A stretch of DNA of 64,000 nucleotides from Bacteroidota bacterium. Its GTDB lineage: Bacteria; Bacteroidota; Ignavibacteria; Kapaibacteriales; UBA2268. Under the pieces are notes generated by a model. It was not told where the DNA came from, made no database searches, and saw only the letters and a list, made by a program, of their open reading frames with translations. Shown piece after piece: positions 17,710 through 25,969 of this stretch. The stretch's first letter is position 1. Every line of letters starts with the position of its first letter. Made by a program: the position numbers and the translations under genes. Location of the stretch: contig JAKAKE010000186.1 in the NCBI GenBank assembly GCA_021824625.1, positions 3,995 through 67,994 on the forward strand, read 5' to 3'.

Positions 17710-18090
17710 ATGGATATATTAAAACATATAGGAAGAATCATTTTTGCAATACCTTTTTTGGTATTCGGAATCAATCATTTCATTTATGCAAAAATGATGG
17801 TTGGATTAGTCCCATCCTTTGTTCCGGGTGGAATATTTTGGGTCTATGCGGTTGGTGTTGGATTAATAGCGGCATCAATAAGTATTGCAATTAACAAGAT
17901 GGTTAAAATATCAGGGTTATTGCTTGCATTATTATTATTGTCATTCGACCTGACCATACATTTGCCGGGTCTTGGTAATCCACAAACTGCACAGATGGCA
18001 ATGGGTGGATTGCTGAAGGATACCGCATTGTTGGGCGGAGCAATTATGGCATCTGCATTTTTTGGAAATTGGGAAAAGAAATCATTTTAA
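17710..18090 (+). CDS. DoxX-family membrane protein
   Basis: Four TM segments. 126 aa. AGGAG RBS. Confidence 0.65.
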   Translation: MDILKHIGRIIFAIPFLVFGINHFIYAKMMVGLVPSFVPGGIFWVYAVGVGLIAASISIAINKMVKISGLLLALLLLSFDLTIHLPGLGNPQTAQMAMGGLLKDTALLGGAIMASAFFGNWEKKSF

Positions 18091-18096
18091 AAGGGG

Positions 18097-18699
18097 GTGT
18101 CTATGGATACGGTGACGAGGCCGAGAGATTGGGAAGAAGTATATAAGAACAGTAAGGTTGATGAACTGCCCTGGTTCAGAAAAAAGCTGGACCAAGATGT
18201 AAGTAACGAACTGAAAGAAAGAAAAATGAATAGTGGGGCAGTACTTGACCTTGGTACCGGTCCCGGGACACAGGCATTGGAATTGTTGAAACACGGATTT
18301 GAAGTTACAGCGACTGATGTATCGAAAAATGCAATCAAAGAAGCAAAGAAATTAAGCGATGATATTGATTTTGTCGTTGATGATATTCTGGATACCAGGA
18401 TTAATAAGAAATTCGATTTGATTTTTGACAGAGGCTGTTTTCATACAATTGAGCCTGAAGATAGAAAAATATACATCCGAAATATAAAGAAACTGCTAAA
18501 TAGAAATGGATTGTTGTTTCTCAAGTGCTTCAGCGACAGAGAACCTGAGACAGGTACAGGGCCTTATAGAATATCGGAATCTATATTGAAAGATTTATTT
18601 AATAAAGATTTTCTGATAGAAGAAATTGTTCACACTGAATTCAAAGGGAAAAGAAAGCCAAATCCCAAAGCATTGTTTGCCGTGATGAAAAAGAAATGA
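18097..18699 (+). CDS. Class I SAM-dependent methyltransferase
   Basis: Motif I VLDLGTGPGTQALEL. Confidence 0.8.
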   Translation: MSMDTVTRPRDWEEVYKNSKVDELPWFRKKLDQDVSNELKERKMNSGAVLDLGTGPGTQALELLKHGFEVTATDVSKNAIKEAKKLSDDIDFVVDDILDTRINKKFDLIFDRGCFHTIEPEDRKIYIRNIKKLLNRNGLLFLKCFSDREPETGTGPYRISESILKDLFNKDFLIEEIVHTEFKGKRKPNPKALFAVMKKK

Positions 18700-18771
18700 T
18701 AAAGTTGTTAATTTCTTAAAATTCCTTCATAAAGATTTTTGCCTGAAAGCACATATCGTAGTCGTTCCATA

Positions 18772-18957
18772 TCAGGTCACTAAGCTCAATTTTGAATGCT
18801 TGAATAAATCCTTTTTAAGATACCTCTTTTCGTTTGGATATGTAGAGGACTTCAATAATTTTGAAAAATCAATAATCTTGGATTCATCGTTATTGAATAC
18901 AAGTAATATTTTATAATCTGAAATATATTTGGCTTCATTTATTTTTACAATTTTCAT
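18772..18957 (-). CDS. DUF2442-like protein, C-terminally short (possible remnant)
   Basis: MKIVKINEAKYISDYKILLVFNNDESKIIDFSKLL resembles the DUF2442 N-terminus. 61 aa versus 95 aa for the copy at 14121-14408. Confidence 0.45.
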   Translation of the reverse strand: MKIVKINEAKYISDYKILLVFNNDESKIIDFSKLLKSSTYPNEKRYLKKDLFKHSKLSLVT

Positions 18958-19082
18958 TTTAATCTCCTTGTTATGATTTGGGATTTAATATCTTTCTTCC
19001 AAACAAAGTAATCTACCCATTTTTCAACAATCTTTTTAGAATAATGACGAACAAAGGATTCAAAATCTTTTCTTAATAGCAT
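18954..19082 (-). CDS. 42-aa ORF, possible C-terminal remnant of a DUF4160 partner
   Basis: ATGA overlap with the downstream DUF2442-like gene. Translates as MLLRKDFESFVRHYSKKIVEKWVDYFVWKKDIKSQIITRRLK. Below the ORF-track cutoff. Confidence 0.25.
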   Translation of the reverse strand: MLLRKDFESFVRHYSKKIVEKWVDYFVWKKDIKSQIITRRLK

Positions 19083-19153
19083 AACATTTAATCAGTAGTA
19101 TTTATATTTAATATCAACAATTTTAGTATTTTGTTTACGTTACAAAAGAATAA

Positions 19154-19390
19154 ATGTTATTTAATTCAGGAAATTTTATGACGAGAGAAATTCCAATAAT
19201 TATTGAAAGAGATGAAGAAGGATATTATGTTGGCTCAGTTCCATCATTAAAAGGCTGTCACACACAGGCAAAATCACTCGATGAGCTTATAGAAAGAATA
19301 AAAGAAGCAATTGAATTATGCCTTGAAGTCGGAGAAGAAGATTTTTCAAATCGTTTTGTCGGTATTCAGCAGGTTTCTGTTGAAGTATGA
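19154..19390 (+). CDS. hicB: HicB-family antitoxin (likely start 19178)
   Basis: IPIIIERDEEGYYVGSVPSLKGCHTQAKSLDELIERIKEAIELCLEV. 4-bp overlap with hicA. Confidence 0.8.
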   Translation: MLFNSGNFMTREIPIIIERDEEGYYVGSVPSLKGCHTQAKSLDELIERIKEAIELCLEVGEEDFSNRFVGIQQVSVEV

Positions 19391-19590
19391 GTAATATACC
19401 CTCATTAACAGGAACAGAAATTATCCGAATACTGAATTCATTAGGATTTAAGGTGATAAGGATAAAAGGTAGTCAGCATATCCTAAAACTTCCCGATAAA
19501 AGAACTACTGTTATACCAGTTCATAAGGGTGAAGCAATAGGTCCAGGCTTACTATTAAAAATTCTGAAAGATTGCAAACTAACTAAATAA
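19387..19590 (+). CDS. hicA: HicA-family mRNA interferase toxin
   Basis: LTGTEIIRILNSLGFKVIRIKGSQHIL...TVIPVHKGEAIGPGLLLKILKD. Confidence 0.8.
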   Translation: MSNIPSLTGTEIIRILNSLGFKVIRIKGSQHILKLPDKRTTVIPVHKGEAIGPGLLLKILKDCKLTK

Positions 19591-19616
19591 GAATTTAAAG
19601 AATTATTGTAGAAAAT

Positions 19617-20300
19617 ATGTGCGGTCGCTTTGCTTTATCAGCCAAAACAAAAAGCATAGAAAAGCTTTTACCTAAGGTGAAAATTCCTGAAGAAATGAAA
19701 GCGAGGTACAACATAGCACCTACTCAAAATGTAGCAGTGGTGCTGAATGACGGGAATAATGAAGTAACTTTCGCTAAATGGGGATTAATTCCGTTTTGGG
19801 CAAAAGATACTTCAATGGGGAATAAAATGATTAATGCAAGAGCAGAAACACTCCTTGAAAAACCCTCATTTAAGAATCAATTCAAAAATAAAAGGTGCAT
19901 CATCCTTACAGATGGTTTCTATGAATGGCAAAAGCAAGGTGGAAAAACCAGAAATGTTCCTTATTTGATAAAAATGAAAACAGGTGTGCCTTTTGCTTTA
20001 GCGGGATTGTGGGATACATGGACAGATAAATCAACAGGTGAGACAATAACTTCAACAGTCATAATCACGACTGACCCAAACGAATTGATGATGAATATAC
20101 ATAACAGAATGCCGGTGATTATACCACCTGACAAAATTGATTTGTGGCTTGAAAAAGATGATGCTAATTTGCCTGAACTTGGAAGTCTGATGAAACCTTA
20201 TCCGGCAGATGAGATGGAAGCTTATCCGGTAGCATTTACTGTCAACAATCCGTCTGTGGATGATATAACTTGCATTCAGCCGGTAAATTCAATATTTTAG
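19617..20300 (+). CDS. SOS response-associated peptidase (SRAP/YedK family)
   Basis: N-terminal MCGRFAL (catalytic Cys2). NARAETL...FYEW motifs. Confidence 0.85.
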   Translation: MCGRFALSAKTKSIEKLLPKVKIPEEMKARYNIAPTQNVAVVLNDGNNEVTFAKWGLIPFWAKDTSMGNKMINARAETLLEKPSFKNQFKNKRCIILTDGFYEWQKQGGKTRNVPYLIKMKTGVPFALAGLWDTWTDKSTGETITSTVIITTDPNELMMNIHNRMPVIIPPDKIDLWLEKDDANLPELGSLMKPYPADEMEAYPVAFTVNNPSVDDITCIQPVNSIF

Positions 20301-20304
20301 TTGA

Positions 20305-21693
20305 TTGTTAATTAAACAATTCGATTTTGTGGTAGCAGAATTAATTTTTCTTGGTGGAGTTGGCGAGCTTGGTGCAAATTCTGTTTATTTATACATAGAC
20401 GGGACAGGTATAATCATTGATGCGGGATTGCATCCAAGGAAAAGAGATAAAAATGCTTTTCCTGCTTATGAATCCATTATTGGTAAACCTGTTGATTTAC
20501 TCATATTGACACATGCCCATACAGACCATATCGGAGCAATTCCATATCTGCTGAAATTTTTTCCTCACACAAAAATCATAATGACAAAAGCGACAAGGGA
20601 TTTAGCGGAAATAATGTTGAAAGACACAGCAAAACTATTGCAAACAGACCTTGTAGCAGAATATTCAATAGATACTTTATCTCTCTATAAACCGGAAGTC
20701 CTCGAAAATATTTGGATGCTCATGGATGGATATGATTATTATGAAGAAATTGCTTTTTGCGGGTATGCCGGAAGAAGCGAAATTACAATAGCATTTTATC
20801 CTTCGGGACATATACTGGGTTCAGCTTCGGTTAAAATGGATTTTGCCGGTAAAACTTTACTGCATAGCGGGGATGTTCAATTTATCAATCAAGCCGTTAT
20901 TGCCGGTGCAGACTTACCGAAACATCACCTTGATTATATGATAATTGAATCTACAAACGCGGGAGAAACAAACCTGCCGGATTATAATGAAGAAATAAAA
21001 CGTTTTGCCCGCTTTATTAATCAAATTGCAGATAAAAATGGCTCCATACTTATCCCTGCCTTTGCTTTGGGAAAAACCCAGGAAATTTTGAAAATAATTT
21101 TTTCGTTAATGCAAAAGAATTCAATACCTAATTTACCAATTTATACCGGTGGCTTAGGAAAAATCATATCCCGGTTCTATGATAAATACTGTTACTCAGT
21201 ACCAATGGTAAAACCCGGTTTTGAGATTTCGGATATACCTCAGGAGGATATTATTTGGGATGAATTAATGACCGGTAAATATTTCAAAGAGCCTTCAATT
21301 GTAGTAGCATCCAGCGGAATGATGAACACAGGTACTGCTTCGCACCAACTTGCACAAAGATGGATGAGATTAAAGAATTATGGTATCGCATTTATAGGTT
21401 ATCTGGATGAATTATCTCCCGGATTTGAACTACTAAATTCGGATTTGAATAAGGATTTTAAATTTGGAAAAATAAATGAAAGAAGGTTGTGTGATGTACA
21501 AAATTTCAGATTTACATCACATGCTTATCTCAGGGACATACTCAACTATATTTACGGAATTAAGCCGAATTATATTTTTATCAATCATGGTGAATTATTA
21601 TCTGCAGAAAACCTTTCGGTGAAAATTCCACTGAATTTCGATTATGCACAAATCTATTTACCTGAAAAGAAAAAAACTTATCAACTTTTGTAA
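20305..21693 (+). CDS. MBL-fold beta-CASP nuclease (start is TTG 20305 or GTG 20329)
   Basis: LILTHAHTDHIGAIPYL, SGHILGSA, HSGDV, PAFALGKTQEIL, TSHAY and INHGE match MBL motifs 2-4 and beta-CASP motifs A-C. Confidence 0.8.
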   Translation: MLIKQFDFVVAELIFLGGVGELGANSVYLYIDGTGIIIDAGLHPRKRDKNAFPAYESIIGKPVDLLILTHAHTDHIGAIPYLLKFFPHTKIIMTKATRDLAEIMLKDTAKLLQTDLVAEYSIDTLSLYKPEVLENIWMLMDGYDYYEEIAFCGYAGRSEITIAFYPSGHILGSASVKMDFAGKTLLHSGDVQFINQAVIAGADLPKHHLDYMIIESTNAGETNLPDYNEEIKRFARFINQIADKNGSILIPAFALGKTQEILKIIFSLMQKNSIPNLPIYTGGLGKIISRFYDKYCYSVPMVKPGFEISDIPQEDIIWDELMTGKYFKEPSIVVASSGMMNTGTASHQLAQRWMRLKNYGIAFIGYLDELSPGFELLNSDLNKDFKFGKINERRLCDVQNFRFTSHAYLRDILNYIYGIKPNYIFINHGELLSAENLSVKIPLNFDYAQIYLPEKKKTYQLL

Positions 21694-21813
21694 ATCTTCA
21701 TATAATGAATTAATTTAGAAGATTATTCAAAGGGTTATTTTATTTAATCAGTTTAAAATAATATAAATATTAATTGAAACTATTTCCAATTAGAATAAAT
21801 TTATAGGAAGAAA

Positions 21814-23409
21814 ATGGCAAAAGGGAAGATTTTAATTGTTGAGGACCAAGCGGTAGTTTCTCAGAATATAAAGCTGATGCTTAAGTATAATGGCTATGAG
21901 GTAAGTGGAATTGCAGCTACGGCAGATGAAGCGATTCAGATGATAAGTGAAGAAAAACCCGATTTAATTGTTATGGACATAGCCCTTCCGGGCAAACTCG
22001 ATGGGATTGACGCTACGAATATTATCACCGAAAAATGGAATATTCCTATTATTTATCTCACTGCACATTCTGATGAAACAACACTTCAGAGAGCAAAAAA
22101 TACTCATAATTATGGCTTCATTATCAAAGATATTGACCTGAAATCACAGATTCCAATCTTTATTGAATTTGCATTATTCAAACATAAGCTAATCGAAGAA
22201 CAGCAAAATGCCTCCAAAGCCTTGTCAGAAAATGAAGAAAAGTTCAGAATGATTGTTAATTCGGCAAGAGACGGCATTATTTTCATTGATAAAATGGGAT
22301 TAATATCTTTCTGGAACAACGCTTCTTTGGAAAAATTCGGTTATAATGATATAACATCTGAGAATGTTTTCTTTTGGCAGATTATCTCAATTCCCAAAAT
22401 TAAACTTTACCAGGAAAAGTTTGCTGATATTGGTGCAAAAGGCGAAAGCGGACTTGTCGGTAAAATGGTTGAATTTGTTGCTATAAGGAAGGATGGCTCG
22501 ACTTTCCCCGTTGAAATTATTTTTTATCCGATAAAAATCCAAAACAACTGGTACACTTGCTGTATTATTCGTGATATAACAGTTCGCAAGGAAGCAGAAG
22601 AAGAAAATGCTAAACTCATCGAGGAATTGCGAATATCGAGGGAAATGGTTGAGCAGAATGCTAATGAATTATTGCTTGCTAACGAAAAATTATACGAATC
22701 GGAAGAAAGCCTAAAAATCCTGAATGCTAATAAAGACAGATTCTTTTCTATACTTGCTCATGACCTTCGTGGACCTTTTCAGGGCTTGCTCGGCTTTTCA
22801 AATATACTGCATAAAGACTTTAAAAAAATGAAAACAGAAGAAGTACAGGATATAGTTGATGACCTTTATCATTCTGCAGAGCAAATTTACAAATTACTTG
22901 ACCATCTGCTTCTGTGGTCAAGAATACAAAGGGGGGTACTTGAATTTAAACCTGAACCCTGCAGTCTGAATAATATTGTCGGAGTCAATATTGATTTATT
23001 GAAATACCTGGCAAACCGAAAAAACATCGAATTAATATCGGAAATTAATGAAAATTTTGAATTCACTTCCGACCCGAACATGATTAATACCGTCCTTAGG
23101 AATTTGATTTCTAATGCTATTAAATTCACCGGAAGCGGCGGTAAAATTATAATATCTGCTAAAGACACAAAAGACGGTTTCTTTTTAGTTGGTGTCAGCG
23201 ACGATGGAATTGGTATTCTTGAAGAAGATTTGCAGAAACTTTTTAAGATTGACATGTATTTTACCAGTCCCGGAACTTCGGGAGAAAAAGGAACAGGATT
23301 AGGATTGGTTTTGTGTAAGGATTTAATTGAAAAATGCAAGGGTGAGATATTTGTCGAAAGCCAGGTTGGCAAAGGTACGACCTTTTCTTTTAAAATTCCG
23401 TTTAAATAG
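21814..23409 (+). CDS. Hybrid sensor: receiver + PAS + HisKA + HATPase_c
   Basis: KILIVEDQ...DLIVMDIALPG receiver. PAS-like middle region. SILAHDLRGPF H-box. GTGLGL G2 box. Confidence 0.85.
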   Translation: MAKGKILIVEDQAVVSQNIKLMLKYNGYEVSGIAATADEAIQMISEEKPDLIVMDIALPGKLDGIDATNIITEKWNIPIIYLTAHSDETTLQRAKNTHNYGFIIKDIDLKSQIPIFIEFALFKHKLIEEQQNASKALSENEEKFRMIVNSARDGIIFIDKMGLISFWNNASLEKFGYNDITSENVFFWQIISIPKIKLYQEKFADIGAKGESGLVGKMVEFVAIRKDGSTFPVEIIFYPIKIQNNWYTCCIIRDITVRKEAEEENAKLIEELRISREMVEQNANELLLANEKLYESEESLKILNANKDRFFSILAHDLRGPFQGLLGFSNILHKDFKKMKTEEVQDIVDDLYHSAEQIYKLLDHLLLWSRIQRGVLEFKPEPCSLNNIVGVNIDLLKYLANRKNIELISEINENFEFTSDPNMINTVLRNLISNAIKFTGSGGKIIISAKDTKDGFFLVGVSDDGIGILEEDLQKLFKIDMYFTSPGTSGEKGTGLGLVLCKDLIEKCKGEIFVESQVGKGTTFSFKIPFK

Positions 23410-23448
23410 GGATTAGGGATTTTGGGAACAGGGAATGAGGATTTGGGG
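23409..23448 (+). other. G-quadruplex-type motif (GGG-N4-GGG-N5-GGG-N4-GGG plus GG/GGGG)
   Basis: GGGATTAGGGATTTTGGGAACAGGGAATGAGGATTTGGGG starts at the last base of the kinase stop codon. Confidence 0.5.
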
Positions 23449-23575
23449 TTAGCATTTCCAGCCCCCGGCCCCTGTCCACCATACCCTTCTTTATGTAGAA
23501 TGTAAAATGTAAAATACAGGGGCAGAATATTTTCTACCCAATTAAAACGAAATATGATAAAATAAATATAAACCA

Positions 23576-24379
23576 ATGAAAATCATTTCATGGAATATAA
23601 ACGGATACAGGGCTATTACGGGACAAAATCCGAGTAAAAGATTTGATAAGGTAACTAAGGAAAATAAATTATTCAGGTTTATTGATTCCGAAAAGCCCGA
23701 TATAATTTGCCTTCAAGAGACAAAAGCATCACCCGAACAAATTGATGAAGAACTGCTTTGCCCAAACGGGTATGAATACTACTACAATTCTTCAATTGAA
23801 AAAAAAGGGTATAGCGGTGTAGCTGTATTTACTAAGGTGAAGCCAAAAAAAGTTAATTACTCAGTAAATGAAAAAAGGTTTGATGCCGAAGGCAGGATTA
23901 TTGAAATGCACTTTGATGATTTTATACTATTTAATGTTTACTTTCCCAAAGGATATGCGGATTCGGAGAGATTAACCTACAAACTGGAATTCTATGATAC
24001 CTTTTTTAATTACGTTCAAAAATTAAATCAGATGAGTAAAAAAGTAATCGTTACGGGAGATTATAATACAGCCCATCACGAGATAGACCTTGCAAGGCCT
24101 AAAGAAAATATAAACATTTCCGGATTTATGCCGGTTGAAAGGGAAAAATTAGATTTGATTGAAAACCTTGGATATGTTGATACGTTTCGCCTGTTCCATA
24201 AAGACGGAGGCCATTATACATGGTGGAGCCAGAGGGGAAGGGCAAGGGAGAATAACATTGGCTGGAGGATTGATTACTTCTTTGTTACAAAGAAAGTTTT
24301 ATCATTGGTAAAGAATTCCTACCATAAACCTGATGTATTAGGTTCGGACCACTGCCCGATTTTCCTGGAATTAGTTTGA
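23576..24379 (+). CDS. xth: Exodeoxyribonuclease III
   Basis: MKIISWNINGYRA...ICLQETK...GSDHCPI motifs. Confidence 0.9.
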   Translation: MKIISWNINGYRAITGQNPSKRFDKVTKENKLFRFIDSEKPDIICLQETKASPEQIDEELLCPNGYEYYYNSSIEKKGYSGVAVFTKVKPKKVNYSVNEKRFDAEGRIIEMHFDDFILFNVYFPKGYADSERLTYKLEFYDTFFNYVQKLNQMSKKVIVTGDYNTAHHEIDLARPKENINISGFMPVEREKLDLIENLGYVDTFRLFHKDGGHYTWWSQRGRARENNIGWRIDYFFVTKKVLSLVKNSYHKPDVLGSDHCPIFLELV

Positions 24380-24715
24380 AATGTGATTTATGTGATTAAT
24401 ATGATTATGATTAACCTCACACTTTAGTGTTTGGGGGTATAAATGCAGCAATCGTCTCATCTCGTATCTCAACCTTCATGCTGAAGCATTGGGTTATTCT
24501 AATTCCATCACACTTGAATAATTTCCCAGGAATTATCTCCCTTTTTTTTTAAAGCAGGAAACTGATGGTCATTATGCTCCTCTCAGTATGACAATTCTGT
24601 GTTTACTTACTATTTCTTGGAATAATGGATGTTTTTTCGTAATTATGTATGTTATAATATAATTGCGGGTTTATGGTTTCTGTCAAAATTCGGTTTGTTA
24701 ATTCAATAATTTAAT

Positions 24716-25912
24716 ATGCGTTTTTTATCTTTTGATAATATAATTACAACAGGGGTAATCTTACTTATCCTTAAGTTTTTCTTTGTGATATTCCAGATTG
24801 ATTTTCTAAATCAGTTGAATAATCAGATTCAGGATTTTCAGATTAATGATATAGTGTTTTCGAGACTGAAGGACAAGAATGCCGTTGAGCCTGATACTAA
24901 TATTGTGATTGTAAATATAGGAGAGTTGAAAAGAGATAAGATTGCAGAACAGATAAATATTATTAACCGTTTTGAACCGAAAATGATAGCATTAGATGTG
25001 GCTTTTTCGAAGGTAAAAGGTGATGAATTGGACAAACCTCTTGCGGAAGCTCTTTCAAAAGTTAAGACACTTGTACTTGTGAGCAGGCTCTCTTATGATA
25101 AAGATAGAGATGAAATAAATCTCATGAAATCAATTCCGTTGTTTACACAATATGCACAGTGTGGCTTTGCAAATTTTATTGATGAGGAAGATTTCAGGAC
25201 AGTGAGGAAATTCAGTCCGAGAGAGTATGTTAATAAGGACCCTGTAATGGCTTTCAGTGTGAAAGTTGCAGAATTATACTACCCGCCTGCCGTGAAGAAA
25301 CTTTTCGACCGTAATAATGAATCGGAGATTATTTATTTTGAAAGGAATTTGAATAAATACAGGGTGATTGACTGTGAGGAAGTTTTTAGCAAGAGGGACG
25401 GTTTTGGTTTTGTTAAGGGTAAAATTGTTCTTTTCGGATATCTTGGCCCTGATGTTAAAACTTTAAGCACTGAGGATAATTTTTATACGCCGATGAATTC
25501 TAATTATATCGGCAAATCCTATCCCGATATGTATGGGGTTGTAGTTCATGCAAACATTATATCAATGCTGTTGAATGGGAGATATATTAATGCGATGCCG
25601 GAAATTTATGTGTTAATTCTGACAATTGTATTGGCATATCTGACAATGGCGGCGTTTTCATATCTCAGGTATAGATTTGCCGAGGCTTATGAGAGCTTAA
25701 GTCTTGTTTTCATTTTAGCAGAATCGGCATTTTTTTTCTTTGTAATGTTTTCATTGTTGTATTATTTTAATTATTATCTGAATCTGAAAAATATGTTTTT
25801 TGTTCTTGCCATATCCGAAATGATATCGGAATCTTATTTCGGTTCAATAAAACCTTTGACAAAAAGAGTTATTGATAAAATCGGAAGTAAATTTAAACCG
25901 ACAAAAATGTAG
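24716..25912 (+). CDS. CHASE2-domain membrane protein without output domain, paralogue A
   Basis: One N-terminal TM helix, then an extracytoplasmic block of about 280 aa (IVIVNIGE...MIALDVAF...CGFANFIDEEDFRTVRKF...GKIVLFGYLG...YGVVVHANIISMLL), three C-terminal TM helices, then the stop. Confidence 0.7.
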   Translation: MRFLSFDNIITTGVILLILKFFFVIFQIDFLNQLNNQIQDFQINDIVFSRLKDKNAVEPDTNIVIVNIGELKRDKIAEQINIINRFEPKMIALDVAFSKVKGDELDKPLAEALSKVKTLVLVSRLSYDKDRDEINLMKSIPLFTQYAQCGFANFIDEEDFRTVRKFSPREYVNKDPVMAFSVKVAELYYPPAVKKLFDRNNESEIIYFERNLNKYRVIDCEEVFSKRDGFGFVKGKIVLFGYLGPDVKTLSTEDNFYTPMNSNYIGKSYPDMYGVVVHANIISMLLNGRYINAMPEIYVLILTIVLAYLTMAAFSYLRYRFAEAYESLSLVFILAESAFFFFVMFSLLYYFNYYLNLKNMFFVLAISEMISESYFGSIKPLTKRVIDKIGSKFKPTKM

Positions 25913-25969
25913 AATGTTAAATGTCGAATACAAAATGCAAAATGTAAAATTGATAATGAATAATGTAAA

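Noticed and set aside
22887-23576. 229-aa minus-strand ORF
   Set aside because: It is antisense to the well-supported HATPase_c region of the hybrid kinase and runs through the G/C-rich repeat block. It has proline/serine-rich shadow-frame composition.
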